64,000 nucleotides of DNA, taken from Planctomycetota bacterium (GTDB lineage Bacteria > Planctomycetota > GCA-002687715 > CAIWVZ01). A program made the position numbers and the translations under genes. The notes beneath the pieces were generated by a model. It ran no database searches. It worked only from the letters and a program-made list of their open reading frames with translations, and was not told the origin of the DNA. Below, piece after piece: positions 8,336 through 17,324 of the stretch; the stretch's first letter is position 1, and the number at the start of each line of letters is the position of its first letter. The stretch covers positions 2,016,001-2,080,000 of the forward strand of contig JBGANV010000001.1 in the NCBI GenBank assembly GCA_044222185.1, in the 5' to 3' direction.

Positions 8336-9841
8336 TCAGAAGGTCCAGGTCAATCCGATCGTACCGGTGTGAAAGTCGCCCTCGTCGCCCGTCTCGAATT
8401 CGTATCGGGCGTCGCAGCGGAAGTCGTCAGCGAACAGCCATCGCACCTTCAGGAAGAAGGTGGTGACGTCTTCTCGTTCGGCCACGATGAACAGGTCGTG
8501 CTTGAACAGGCTGTAGTAGCTGCCCAGGCCGAACCGGAGCTTGTCGGTCGGGTGCCAGGTGATCTCGCCGCCGAGGGATGCGGTGTCGTCCCCCGACGAC
8601 TCCCAGATCTCGCCGGTCAGCGCCAGGTCGATCTCGTCGACCGGCCAGCGGAACGAATTCAGCGTGAGCCACCCGCGGACGAACTCGTGGTTGAACGGGC
8701 CCTCGCGGTCGTCGTCGTTCAGGAAACGGCCCGAGACTCCCCCATCGATGCCGAAGTGCGTGTCGAAAAGCTTGGAGCCGTCCAACTGGAATTGGTGATA
8801 GGCGAAGGACGTTCCCAGAACGCCGAAGTACGGGTCGTAGGTCGTGGTGTACTCGGACGTGATCGTCGCCTCGTACCGGTAGGTGGCGCGGATCGAGAGA
8901 TCGTCGGCCGTGTCGTCCCAATAGAGCCGGCAGTTGACGTCCCGCGTCGCGCCATCGACCGTGTCCCATGTGGCCGCGGCGCGCAGGTCCTTCGTGAGTT
9001 GCTGCCGCAGGCCCAACGACGCGAAGTCGTTCACCTCGTGATCGACCCACTCGTTCTTGTCTTCGACGTGAGCGTACCGGATGTCGACGCGCCCGTCGGT
9101 CCACGGCTGGAACGACGCGTCCGCCCCCACGATCCAATCCTCGGAGCGTGAGGACTCGTAGAGGTACTCGGGAACGCCGCCGTAAACGTCGATCCGCATG
9201 CGCCCCAGCGATTCGATGGGTTGGAAATCGACGCGAGCACCGTCCATCAGGTAGGTGAATCCGGCGAAGACGTTCTGTCGCCCCAGGCGGACCCTGCGCA
9301 TCCCGAGAGAGTCGGGCGCAAGAGACCCGGACAGGTCGACGTAGGCCTCGTAGAGCTTCACGTCCACCGAATCGCCGCCGACGTCGTTGAGGGACCCGAA
9401 AGGATTCCCTTTGTTCGAGGCGTCGCCGTCCAGATCCCACGTCAGCCGGCCGAGCATGTGAAAGGCGATCTCGTCGAGCTCAGCCTTTCCACCGTCGAGG
9501 GACAGGTATCCATACAGGTCCTCGTCGTTCCCGTCGTCCGTCTTGCGACCTCGGTAGCTCAGCGAGAGCGACCCGCTGACTGAGTACGGCTGCTCCGTAC
9601 CCACCTTCGCCCCCGCGGCCGCCTTCCCATCCGGCTGTGACTCAGCCGTGCCTGGGGATTTCGTCGGACGGGAAGCGGGCGCGGAGTCTTGCTTGTTCCC
9701 CTCGGACGACGTCGGGCGGCTGTCGCCAGCCGCCCGATCGCCCGCAGCCGTATCCTGTGCGCGGGTCGTTGCCACGCAGCAGAGGTAGATCGCGGCCCCG
9801 AGCGCCACCGATCGCACCATCGCACTTGAAAGAAGAGTCAT
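8336..9841 (-). CDS. Outer-membrane beta-barrel protein (porin of porin-cytochrome complex, MtrB-analogous)
   Basis: Signal peptide; alternating amphipathic beta-strand pattern rich in aromatic and acidic residues; C-terminal GTIGLTWTF beta-signal; directly upstream of the 13-heme gene. Start 9841 or 9820. Confidence 0.8.
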   Translation of the reverse strand: MTLLSSAMVRSVALGAAIYLCCVATTRAQDTAAGDRAAGDSRPTSSEGNKQDSAPASRPTKSPGTAESQPDGKAAAGAKVGTEQPYSVSGSLSLSYRGRKTDDGNDEDLYGYLSLDGGKAELDEIAFHMLGRLTWDLDGDASNKGNPFGSLNDVGGDSVDVKLYEAYVDLSGSLAPDSLGMRRVRLGRQNVFAGFTYLMDGARVDFQPIESLGRMRIDVYGGVPEYLYESSRSEDWIVGADASFQPWTDGRVDIRYAHVEDKNEWVDHEVNDFASLGLRQQLTKDLRAAATWDTVDGATRDVNCRLYWDDTADDLSIRATYRYEATITSEYTTTYDPYFGVLGTSFAYHQFQLDGSKLFDTHFGIDGGVSGRFLNDDDREGPFNHEFVRGWLTLNSFRWPVDEIDLALTGEIWESSGDDTASLGGEITWHPTDKLRFGLGSYYSLFKHDLFIVAEREDVTTFFLKVRWLFADDFRCDARYEFETGDEGDFHTGTIGLTWTF

Positions 9842-10127
9842 GCTCTCGCTCCCGGGATTCCACGCGGGCGGACGCACACCGGCGACTTCGAGACGGATCG
9901 ACCGCCGGGACGCACACTGAGATGCGCGCTGATTATGGGGACCAATTGCGGCAGGCGAATACGACGCACCACGCAAGGGGATCATACGCTCCTGTCCGTA
10001 GCGCGCAGTTCGTATGCGGAGCGGGAATCAGACCCACTGCAAGTCGTACTCGGACCCGCGTACATTCGGCCCGCTCGCAGATTTTGTCGATCACCGACTC
10101 GGAACGCAGTCTCCGGAGGATGGGATC

Positions 10128-13031
10128 ATGAGAGACCTCAGCATGAAGAAGCGGCTCGCTGGTGTGGCACTGATCACGTTGGCCCTCGTCACAGGACTGG
10201 CGTCCTGCAGTGGCGGCGGGGGTGGTGGTGGCGGCGGTGGTGGTGGAGGTGGTGGCGGCGGAACCCCGCCGGTCAATCCGCCCCCGCCGGTCACGCCAGT
10301 CCTGACCGTCTACGACAACATGCCGGGCGTGAACTTCGAGATCCTCGGCCTCACCGGAGGCTCGGGCGCCGGCGGGAACTTCCGCCCAGGCGACTTCATC
10401 ACGGTCAACTTCACCGTGAAGAAGAAGAACGGGACGGCCATCACGGTCCCGGACTTGAACACGGGCAGCATCTACGTGTCCGGTCCAACGTCGAACTACC
10501 AGGTCGTCATTGCCCGCCAGACCGACGTTCGCGCGGTCTCGACGCAGAACACCGACGGTTCCTGGAAGTACACGTTCCTCGTTCCGATCCCGGCGACCTA
10601 CCAGGCGCCGCTGAACGACTCGGCGTCCTTCGGACCGGAGGACGGCGAGATGACGGGCGACGCCCTCGCCTCCGGCACCTACACGGTCGGCATGGAAGGC
10701 TACAAGCTCTACTCCTTCGAAGGCACGGACTACCGCGACGCCGGCAACGCCACGAAGGACTTCCTCCTGGGCACGGCGACGACGATCGAACCGCGTGAGG
10801 TCGTCAAGCAGGAGAACTGCGACCAGTGCCACGTCGATCTCCGCGTTCACGGCGGCGGCCGCAAGGACGTGAAGAACTGCCTGCTCTGCCACACCTCGGG
10901 CTCGGAAGACCGGAACGTCGCGACCGTCGAAGGCGGGACGCCCGGCGCATCCATCGATTTCCGCGTGATGATCCACAAGATCCACTCGGGCGAGCACCTC
11001 CCATCGGTGAACGGCGTGGCGACGAACCCGGACGGCACGCGCAACTACTCCGCGACGCCGACTCCGTACAAGCTCGTCGGCTTCAACAACTCGGTGATCG
11101 ACTTCTCGACGGTGGCCTTCCCCGTCTGGCCGAACCTCACGTTCCCCATGCCGCGTGACTACGGCTACACCGCACTCAACGCCACGCAGAAGGCCCTCGA
11201 AGACACGATGCGCTCGGCGCCCACGAAGTGCGACAAGTGCCACGGCGATCCAGACGGCACAGGTCCGCTCACCGCGCCCGCGCAGGGCACGAATGCCTAC
11301 GATCACCCGACGCGCCGTGCGTGCGGCTCGTGCCACGACGACTGGGATCCGACGAAGCCCTACGGTGCAAACCTCCTCGAGATGCCGCCCCAATCGAACG
11401 ACCAGTCGTGCAGCTTCTGCCACGGCGGCTCGAGCTCGCTTCTGTCGACGCAAGAAGTGCACACGCACCCCATGCTCGACCCCGTCACGAATCCGGGAGT
11501 GAAGGTGAACATGATCGCCGTCGCCGAGTCGGGCACGAACAATGCCGACGGCAGGATCCAGACGGGCGAGAAGGTCGCCATCGCGTTCTCGCTGACGGAT
11601 GACGCCGGTGCGACGATCGCAGCGTCGTCGCTCGGCAGCATCAACGTGGCGATCACGGGTCCGACGACCAACCGCAACCTGCTCCTGAATGGCGCCGTCC
11701 CGCTGGCCGGAATCGGCGCGGGCCCCGTCTACACGATCAACGTTCCGGAACTGGTCCAGCTCGATCGTGCGGGCGTATCCACCGCGGGTATCGACACCTT
11801 CACGACGTCCCGCACGCCGCACTGGAACGTCACCGGCGGTTTGACGTCGGTCCTGGTTCGAACGGCAAGCGGAGTGCAGAGCACGTCCACGGCGGCGATC
11901 CGGATCGCCCAGAATTACATCGACCTCGCGGACGCCACCGGGTTCGCCCGCAACTCCTACGTCGTCGTCGAGGACGGCGTGGCGGGCAAGGAGGAATACC
12001 TCCGCATCCAGTTCGTGGATGGGAACCGGATCTGGTTCGGGTCCCAGGCCTCCACGAGCTTCCAGCCCGCGACCCGCTTCTCGCACGTCACCGGCTCGCC
12101 GGTGCGCGTCGTGACGCTGACGTCGAAGACGGCAGGTACGGACTTCACCGTGAACGCCGCCCTCGGGCAGATCACGGAAGTCAACGAGTTCGGCGCGAAC
12201 AACGTCGTCCTCGTCAACTACGTCTCCGACTTCGTCATGCCGGCGACCTACGGCGCGCCGATCAACGACTCGCCGGACATCGACGAGACGTGGGGCGACT
12301 GGGGTGGCCTCGCAGTCCAGAGCGGCACGTACACGGTCGGTCTCTGGGCTTCGCGCACATTCAGCTACGTCCAGCTGACGGAGACCAACTCGTACCGCGC
12401 GACCTCCGAGAACGCGAACCTCGACTTCCTCGTCGGCACGGCGACGACGCTCACGCCGTCGACCGTGATCTCGTCGGCCGCGAACTGTGACTCGTGTCAC
12501 GACACGGTCTACGCCCACGGCGGCGGTCGCCGCGGCTACGACACGTGCGTCCTCTGCCACGGCTCGGCCGGCGGCGAGGATCGCTCGCGCTACGTGGCGG
12601 CGAATGCGCCCGCGACCCCGGGAGTGAGCATCGAATTCCGCCAGATGCTCCACAAGATCCACCGCGGTGAAGAGCTCGCGAACGCGACCACCTACACCAT
12701 CGTCGGGTTCGGTTCCGGTGCCTACCCGGCGAACTTCGGCCTGAACATGTACCCCGAAGTGGTGTTCCCGGCCTTGCCGGACGGCGTGAAGAACTGCGAG
12801 AAGTGCCACGGCACCGGCAACAACGCGTGGAAGACGCCGATCGACCGCACGCATCCGTCGCAGGCTCACGAGACCAAGAAGTACACGACGGTCTGTGGCT
12901 CGTGTCACGACGGCACCGACGTCGAAGGTCACATGAAGTCGCAGACGAGCGCGAGCGGCATCGAGGCCTGCGGCGTCTGCCACTCGACTGGTGACCAATA
13001 CGGCGTCGATCTACGCCACAAGATCCGCTGA
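10128..13031 (+). CDS. OmcA/MtrC-family decaheme cytochrome c lipoprotein
   Basis: Lipobox GLASC; two pentaheme blocks (10 CxxCH), each with HGGGR..CxxCH and M(I/L)HKIH(S/R)G motifs and each preceded by a beta-rich domain. Confidence 0.9.
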   Translation: MRDLSMKKRLAGVALITLALVTGLASCSGGGGGGGGGGGGGGGGGTPPVNPPPPVTPVLTVYDNMPGVNFEILGLTGGSGAGGNFRPGDFITVNFTVKKKNGTAITVPDLNTGSIYVSGPTSNYQVVIARQTDVRAVSTQNTDGSWKYTFLVPIPATYQAPLNDSASFGPEDGEMTGDALASGTYTVGMEGYKLYSFEGTDYRDAGNATKDFLLGTATTIEPREVVKQENCDQCHVDLRVHGGGRKDVKNCLLCHTSGSEDRNVATVEGGTPGASIDFRVMIHKIHSGEHLPSVNGVATNPDGTRNYSATPTPYKLVGFNNSVIDFSTVAFPVWPNLTFPMPRDYGYTALNATQKALEDTMRSAPTKCDKCHGDPDGTGPLTAPAQGTNAYDHPTRRACGSCHDDWDPTKPYGANLLEMPPQSNDQSCSFCHGGSSSLLSTQEVHTHPMLDPVTNPGVKVNMIAVAESGTNNADGRIQTGEKVAIAFSLTDDAGATIAASSLGSINVAITGPTTNRNLLLNGAVPLAGIGAGPVYTINVPELVQLDRAGVSTAGIDTFTTSRTPHWNVTGGLTSVLVRTASGVQSTSTAAIRIAQNYIDLADATGFARNSYVVVEDGVAGKEEYLRIQFVDGNRIWFGSQASTSFQPATRFSHVTGSPVRVVTLTSKTAGTDFTVNAALGQITEVNEFGANNVVLVNYVSDFVMPATYGAPINDSPDIDETWGDWGGLAVQSGTYTVGLWASRTFSYVQLTETNSYRATSENANLDFLVGTATTLTPSTVISSAANCDSCHDTVYAHGGGRRGYDTCVLCHGSAGGEDRSRYVAANAPATPGVSIEFRQMLHKIHRGEELANATTYTIVGFGSGAYPANFGLNMYPEVVFPALPDGVKNCEKCHGTGNNAWKTPIDRTHPSQAHETKKYTTVCGSCHDGTDVEGHMKSQTSASGIEACGVCHSTGDQYGVDLRHKIR
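10212..10262 (+). repeat. GGN codon run encoding 17 consecutive Gly after the lipoprotein Cys-Ser
   Basis: Mixed ggc/ggt/ggg/gga codons, followed by TPPVNPPPP. Confidence 0.95.
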
Positions 13032-13071
13032 GCGCCGACGCTCCGACTGACGAACCGCTTCTGAGTGCGCC

Positions 13072-13110
13072 GCCCGGGCCCGGTCCTCACGGATCGGGCC
13101 CGGGTCTTTT
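13072..13110 (+). terminator. Rho-independent terminator after the MtrC-like gene
   Basis: Stem gcccgggcccggtcc / tcac loop / ggatcgggcccgggt followed by ctttt. Confidence 0.8.
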
Positions 13111-13262
13111 CATGGCCGGCGCCTCCACACCCCGCGCTCAGCGCTTCGAACAGTGCGGGTCTGCGTCGTCAGGCGCAACCTCGGCCGCCTCCCTGGCGGC
13201 ATCCCGACTCCCTTTGCCGCGAGCCGCGGCTCATGCGGGCCGCAGCCGCCTCGAACGTCGGC

Positions 13263-14975
13263 TCACCAGATCAGGATCCGCCGCGAGATGCTGGACGAGT
13301 AGCTGGCACCGGCGAGCGTGATGGGTCCGGAAGCGTCCGCCACGAGCCACTGGGCGAAGTAGCTCGAGAACATCAGCCCGGGCGTGGTCGGAATGGAGAG
13401 CGTCGCCGTCGCTGCGCCGGTCGCGTCGGTCGTCATCAGGCCCAGCGAGCCGACCGGGAGCAAGAGTTGATTCGCAGCCGTGTCGATCCACAGCGTGCAC
13501 CCCGGCACCGCCAGCGGCGCGCCGCCGAGCGAGAGGCCGAGGATGGCCGCGCTCCCCGGCGACGCTCCGGAGATGCCGAGGGTGAACGCCGCATTGCCGA
13601 GCGCCGGAGTTCCTATCGGGACATAGAGCCCGGGACCTGCCCCAGCAACGCAGCCCGCGTGGTCGATGGTCCGATTGAAGCACACGCCGAGTTTCACCAG
13701 CCAACCAAAGTTCGGTGGTGGTTGCGAGCCGTTGGGAATTGGCGCCGCAACCACGACGTCGATGTCACCGTCGCCGTCGACGTCACCTGCGTCTTCTTGA
13801 ACCAAGCTCGACACATTCGCGATGGGATACGGATATCCCGCCGCGACGGGGAGATGCATGACCCCGACCGGCGACGTCGCTGGCGCGAACCGGACGATCG
13901 TATTGAACAGCAAGTACTCCGGATAGCCGTCCCCGTCGATGTCGCCGGCGAGTCGGTCAAATAGCCCCGTCGAAATCGCGGTCGAGCCGCCGAGTGCCCG
14001 GGGCGGCAGCGGCACAACTGCTCCTGTAGCGGAACCCAAGAATGTCCAGAGCGTGTACTGTCCGGCTGAGCCGAAGCCGACAACATCGTCGACACCGTCA
14101 AGATTCACATCTCCTGTTCGCAAGTAGTAAGGCACGGGCGATTGACATGTCGGGCACCACGGCGGTGTTGGAACAGCCACGGACACCGGCTGCGCGAACG
14201 TCAGGGCAGAGGTGTTGGTAAACACGCGCACGCTCGTCGGCCCAGCCGGATCGAAGGTGCTGACAACGATGTCGTAAAGGCCGTCATGGTTGATGTCGGC
14301 GATCGTCACAGCTCCCAACTGTTCGGTCGGCCCGAGCACCAAGTTCGTGGACGGGACGAACGTACCCGCCGACGTCGAATACGAGTAGATCGCGACGACG
14401 CCTGGATACGTGCCCGCAAAATAAGACCCGCCGATAACAAGCTCCGCGCGGCCGTCGCCATCCAGGTCTGTGAGTAGGACTGTGCTCCACCGTACCGACG
14501 CAAGCCCTGTGAAGAAGTTCGAACTTTGCAGAACACCGTTGCCCTGGTTCAGGTGGAACTTCACAAGCTGCCCCGTGACGGTTACGACGTCAGCGAGCCC
14601 GTCTCCGTTGATGTCACCCGTGTCGGCAAGATAGTTCAGGTCGCCGGGAGGGTTTGGCCCGACAGATGGGATCAGGTTGACCGTTGCTGTCCCAAACCCA
14701 CCAGCACCGTCCCCGAAAGCAATCTCGATGAACGGGTCCGCCTCGCTGACGATGGCATCGAGCTTCCCGTCGTTATTCATGTCGCGGAGGAGAATGCCGC
14801 CGTTTGTGGCGTGTTGCCAGATTGGGAAAGGAAGGTTCGCCGGCGACATGACGTAGGCGTAGTTGGGATCGGAAAACACCGACTGTGCCCGGCCCCCGCT
14901 CACCAAGATCGTGAATGCAAGGGTCGCTCCCAGGAGAAACGACGGCGGACGAACGAGAGGAGTCGGCGCGTTCAT
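13263..14975 (-). CDS. Secreted FG-GAP/VCBS-repeat beta-propeller protein with C-terminal Ig-like module
   Basis: Signal peptide ..GGRA|QS; seven D-x-(N/D)-x-DG-x-x-(D/E) repeats; C-terminal module ..YFAQWLVAD..SISRRILIW. Confidence 0.88.
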   Translation of the reverse strand: MNAPTPLVRPPSFLLGATLAFTILVSGGRAQSVFSDPNYAYVMSPANLPFPIWQHATNGGILLRDMNNDGKLDAIVSEADPFIEIAFGDGAGGFGTATVNLIPSVGPNPPGDLNYLADTGDINGDGLADVVTVTGQLVKFHLNQGNGVLQSSNFFTGLASVRWSTVLLTDLDGDGRAELVIGGSYFAGTYPGVVAIYSYSTSAGTFVPSTNLVLGPTEQLGAVTIADINHDGLYDIVVSTFDPAGPTSVRVFTNTSALTFAQPVSVAVPTPPWCPTCQSPVPYYLRTGDVNLDGVDDVVGFGSAGQYTLWTFLGSATGAVVPLPPRALGGSTAISTGLFDRLAGDIDGDGYPEYLLFNTIVRFAPATSPVGVMHLPVAAGYPYPIANVSSLVQEDAGDVDGDGDIDVVVAAPIPNGSQPPPNFGWLVKLGVCFNRTIDHAGCVAGAGPGLYVPIGTPALGNAAFTLGISGASPGSAAILGLSLGGAPLAVPGCTLWIDTAANQLLLPVGSLGLMTTDATGAATATLSIPTTPGLMFSSYFAQWLVADASGPITLAGASYSSSISRRILIW

Positions 14976-14987
14976 GGCTCGCAACCC

Positions 14988-16022
14988 CTAGAACTTGACC
15001 TCGTTCACTCCGGTCGCGACCGAGATGCCGACCGGCGGACGGTTTGGTGGACTCACTGGCGGAATGGCCGGTAACTCCCGGACAGCAAAGCGGACCGTCC
15101 TCGCGCCCGAAGAACCGACCAAAGCCGGAAGCGAGTAGGTCCACGTCGTCGTGTCCGGTGGTCCGGTCACCGTTGAGGTTGGTGTCCCGGCGGGAATCGG
15201 CGGCGACCCGACGACCTCCCACACCGCCGACGCCGTGTCCAGCAGGTAGTCGTGGGCAACTGTCGCGGTGATCACAGAACCAGCAAACGGGACAGGTCGA
15301 CCCGCGCGTTGATCGAGCGCAACAATCGGACGTGTGACGGACTCGGGAGTTGTTCCCAGGTCAAGAAAGATGTCGGCTTGAACGACCGATCCGGGAACGA
15401 CATACAGGCTCCCGAAGCTGTTGCCGAAGCCCAAGTGCGGTTGCAATGTTGCTGCATAGAGCCCGTCGAGACCCGCTTGCCACATCCGGTTCAGGTTCGC
15501 CCCGTTGTATACGGGATCGTAGAACCACTCGGCGAATGGGAAGTTCGTACCGGGACCCGTTGCAAGGCTGAAGCCAAGGGCCTGCGTCGACTCGCAGCGA
15601 AGGCTGTAGGCCTGCCCAACGACGAGCGGGACCGGCTGCGGCGGCACACCCTCGATCTGGAACTGTGCCGAGGACGCGCCACCCGTCGGCGTGTTGCTTC
15701 GCCCGACGACGCTCGTCGGCGAAAGCCGTGCGGTTCCAGACAGCTTGCCGACGAGCGGGGCGGGACTCGTACCGGTGGCCAGCGGGATCACATTCAGTCC
15801 GAATGGGACCGGCGGCGGCGGCGTGTCTGCTGCAAAACGCACCGTCCCTTCGACGCGGCCGAAGTCGTTGATGATGGGGAGCACCGTTGCCGTCGGATCT
15901 GCCGGTGACGGCCCCGGAGATGAGATAGGGTAGATCTCTGCCATGCCGGAAACTTCGTCTGGATGCAGCGGAATCGTTGGATTGCAACGCCAATAGGGAA
16001 CCGCTGTAACGCTCGGAACCAT
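14988..16022 (-). CDS. C-terminal portion of the amber-split matrixin-like metalloprotease (Met-turn, helix C, beta-rich tail)
   Basis: Same frame as 16032..17324, three codons after its TAG; LPEMVP (Met-turn) and PLHPDEVSGMAEIYP (metzincin helix C pattern). Confidence 0.6.
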   Translation of the reverse strand: MVPSVTAVPYWRCNPTIPLHPDEVSGMAEIYPISSPGPSPADPTATVLPIINDFGRVEGTVRFAADTPPPPVPFGLNVIPLATGTSPAPLVGKLSGTARLSPTSVVGRSNTPTGGASSAQFQIEGVPPQPVPLVVGQAYSLRCESTQALGFSLATGPGTNFPFAEWFYDPVYNGANLNRMWQAGLDGLYAATLQPHLGFGNSFGSLYVVPGSVVQADIFLDLGTTPESVTRPIVALDQRAGRPVPFAGSVITATVAHDYLLDTASAVWEVVGSPPIPAGTPTSTVTGPPDTTTWTYSLPALVGSSGARTVRFAVRELPAIPPVSPPNRPPVGISVATGVNEVKF

Positions 16023-16031
16023 CTCGGGGAG

Positions 16032-17324
16032 CTATGTGTAGGACGTGAACACGAACGGCGTGGTCAGTCCGGGAACGGTCGAGGGCACATTCCCGGCTGG
16101 ATTCGGCACGCATGGCGTTCCAAACGCGCCCGGACCGAGCCCCGGGTGGAGATTCGTATGGTCGAGCCCAAAGAGATGGCCAATCTCATGCGTGATCGCG
16201 GTGGTCCAGCCGGGGCCGCCTGGGCATGTCGTTGGGACCCCGCTGGGGCAGCCGAGGCTCTGGCGTAGCGGCCACGTGGCATACCTCGCACTCAACAGCA
16301 CGTCGCACTCGATGATCACCCCGGACGTCGGCCGCATGAGCATGCTTGTCAACCCAATGAAATTGTTCATTGGATTCGGAAAGAAGATGATCTCATTGAT
16401 GCCGTCTCCCGTCGGCCCCGTGCTGTTCGGCGTTGCAGCGTTGAATGGGAAGATGTTGCCAAGCGGCGTGAACGCCGCACTCGCGTACGATCGCGTGACC
16501 GCATTGATGCCCGGCGCCCCCGCGGGACCTGACACGCCGCCGAAACGCATGTACATCGCCGAGTACTTGGTCCCGATCGTCGCTGGTGTGTTCTGAAGAC
16601 ACGGATGAACTTGGGTGAACCCCGGATTGGCCGCGAGGTATGCGGCGCTTGGAAGGCTCGGGTGCGTCGGCCAGTTGGCGATCGCTCCATACCGGGCCAT
16701 GGCAAAACAGACGTCCCATGCGAACTCGCCGTACGTGTAGGCCTGTGTCAGTGATGGGGTGAAGATGTCCACTCCCGCACTCGCAGTTCCATTGGGCATG
16801 TTGACGTAGAAGGTCTGCGGGCTCGTCCACCGCCGTGTCACATTGGCGTGACCGGATGTGGTTCGCTGGTTCGGATTGGGGTAGGTGGGCCCCAGTGGCA
16901 ACGGCGGCGTCTGGTACGGCGCGAACGAACACGTGTTGCACTGGCCGAGGCTGTCCATACAGAACCAGAGTACGCTCGGTTCCGACGGCGCGTCGCTGCC
17001 GCACGGTTCGACGATTCGCACGATTCCGTCGCCCACCCCCTCGACCATCGCGCCTGCGCGGGCAGCAAAGTGGACAAGCCGCTTGTGTTCAAGACTTGCG
17101 GACGTGTGCTCGCACGGCGGATGTGCGTCCAGCACACCGGCGTCGGTTTCACCGGCGGGTGTTCCTGAGTTTCCGTGTGGATCCGCCGGGAAGGGCGGCA
17201 GCGAATCACGCTGCGCGGGTGCAAAGTCCCGCGGCGCGGAACCTATCCCTGTCGACACCGGCCCGTAGGCCTGACCTCGGAGCGCGACGTCGGCGAGGGC
17301 CTGGGCTTCCGCACTATGAGTCAC
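16032..17324 (-). pseudogene. Matrixin/M10-like zinc metalloprotease, N-terminal portion, interrupted by TAG at 16032-16034
   Basis: DGINEIIF, IIECDVLL, AITHEIGHLFGLDH (HExxHxxGxxH). The catalytic domain continues in frame past the TAG. True start is uncertain; a signal-like segment extends upstream to ~17390. Confidence 0.65.

Noticed and set aside
9933-12998. 1021-aa ORF antisense to the decaheme gene
   Set aside because: Shadow of strong GC3 codon bias; Arg/Val/Gly-rich with no motifs.
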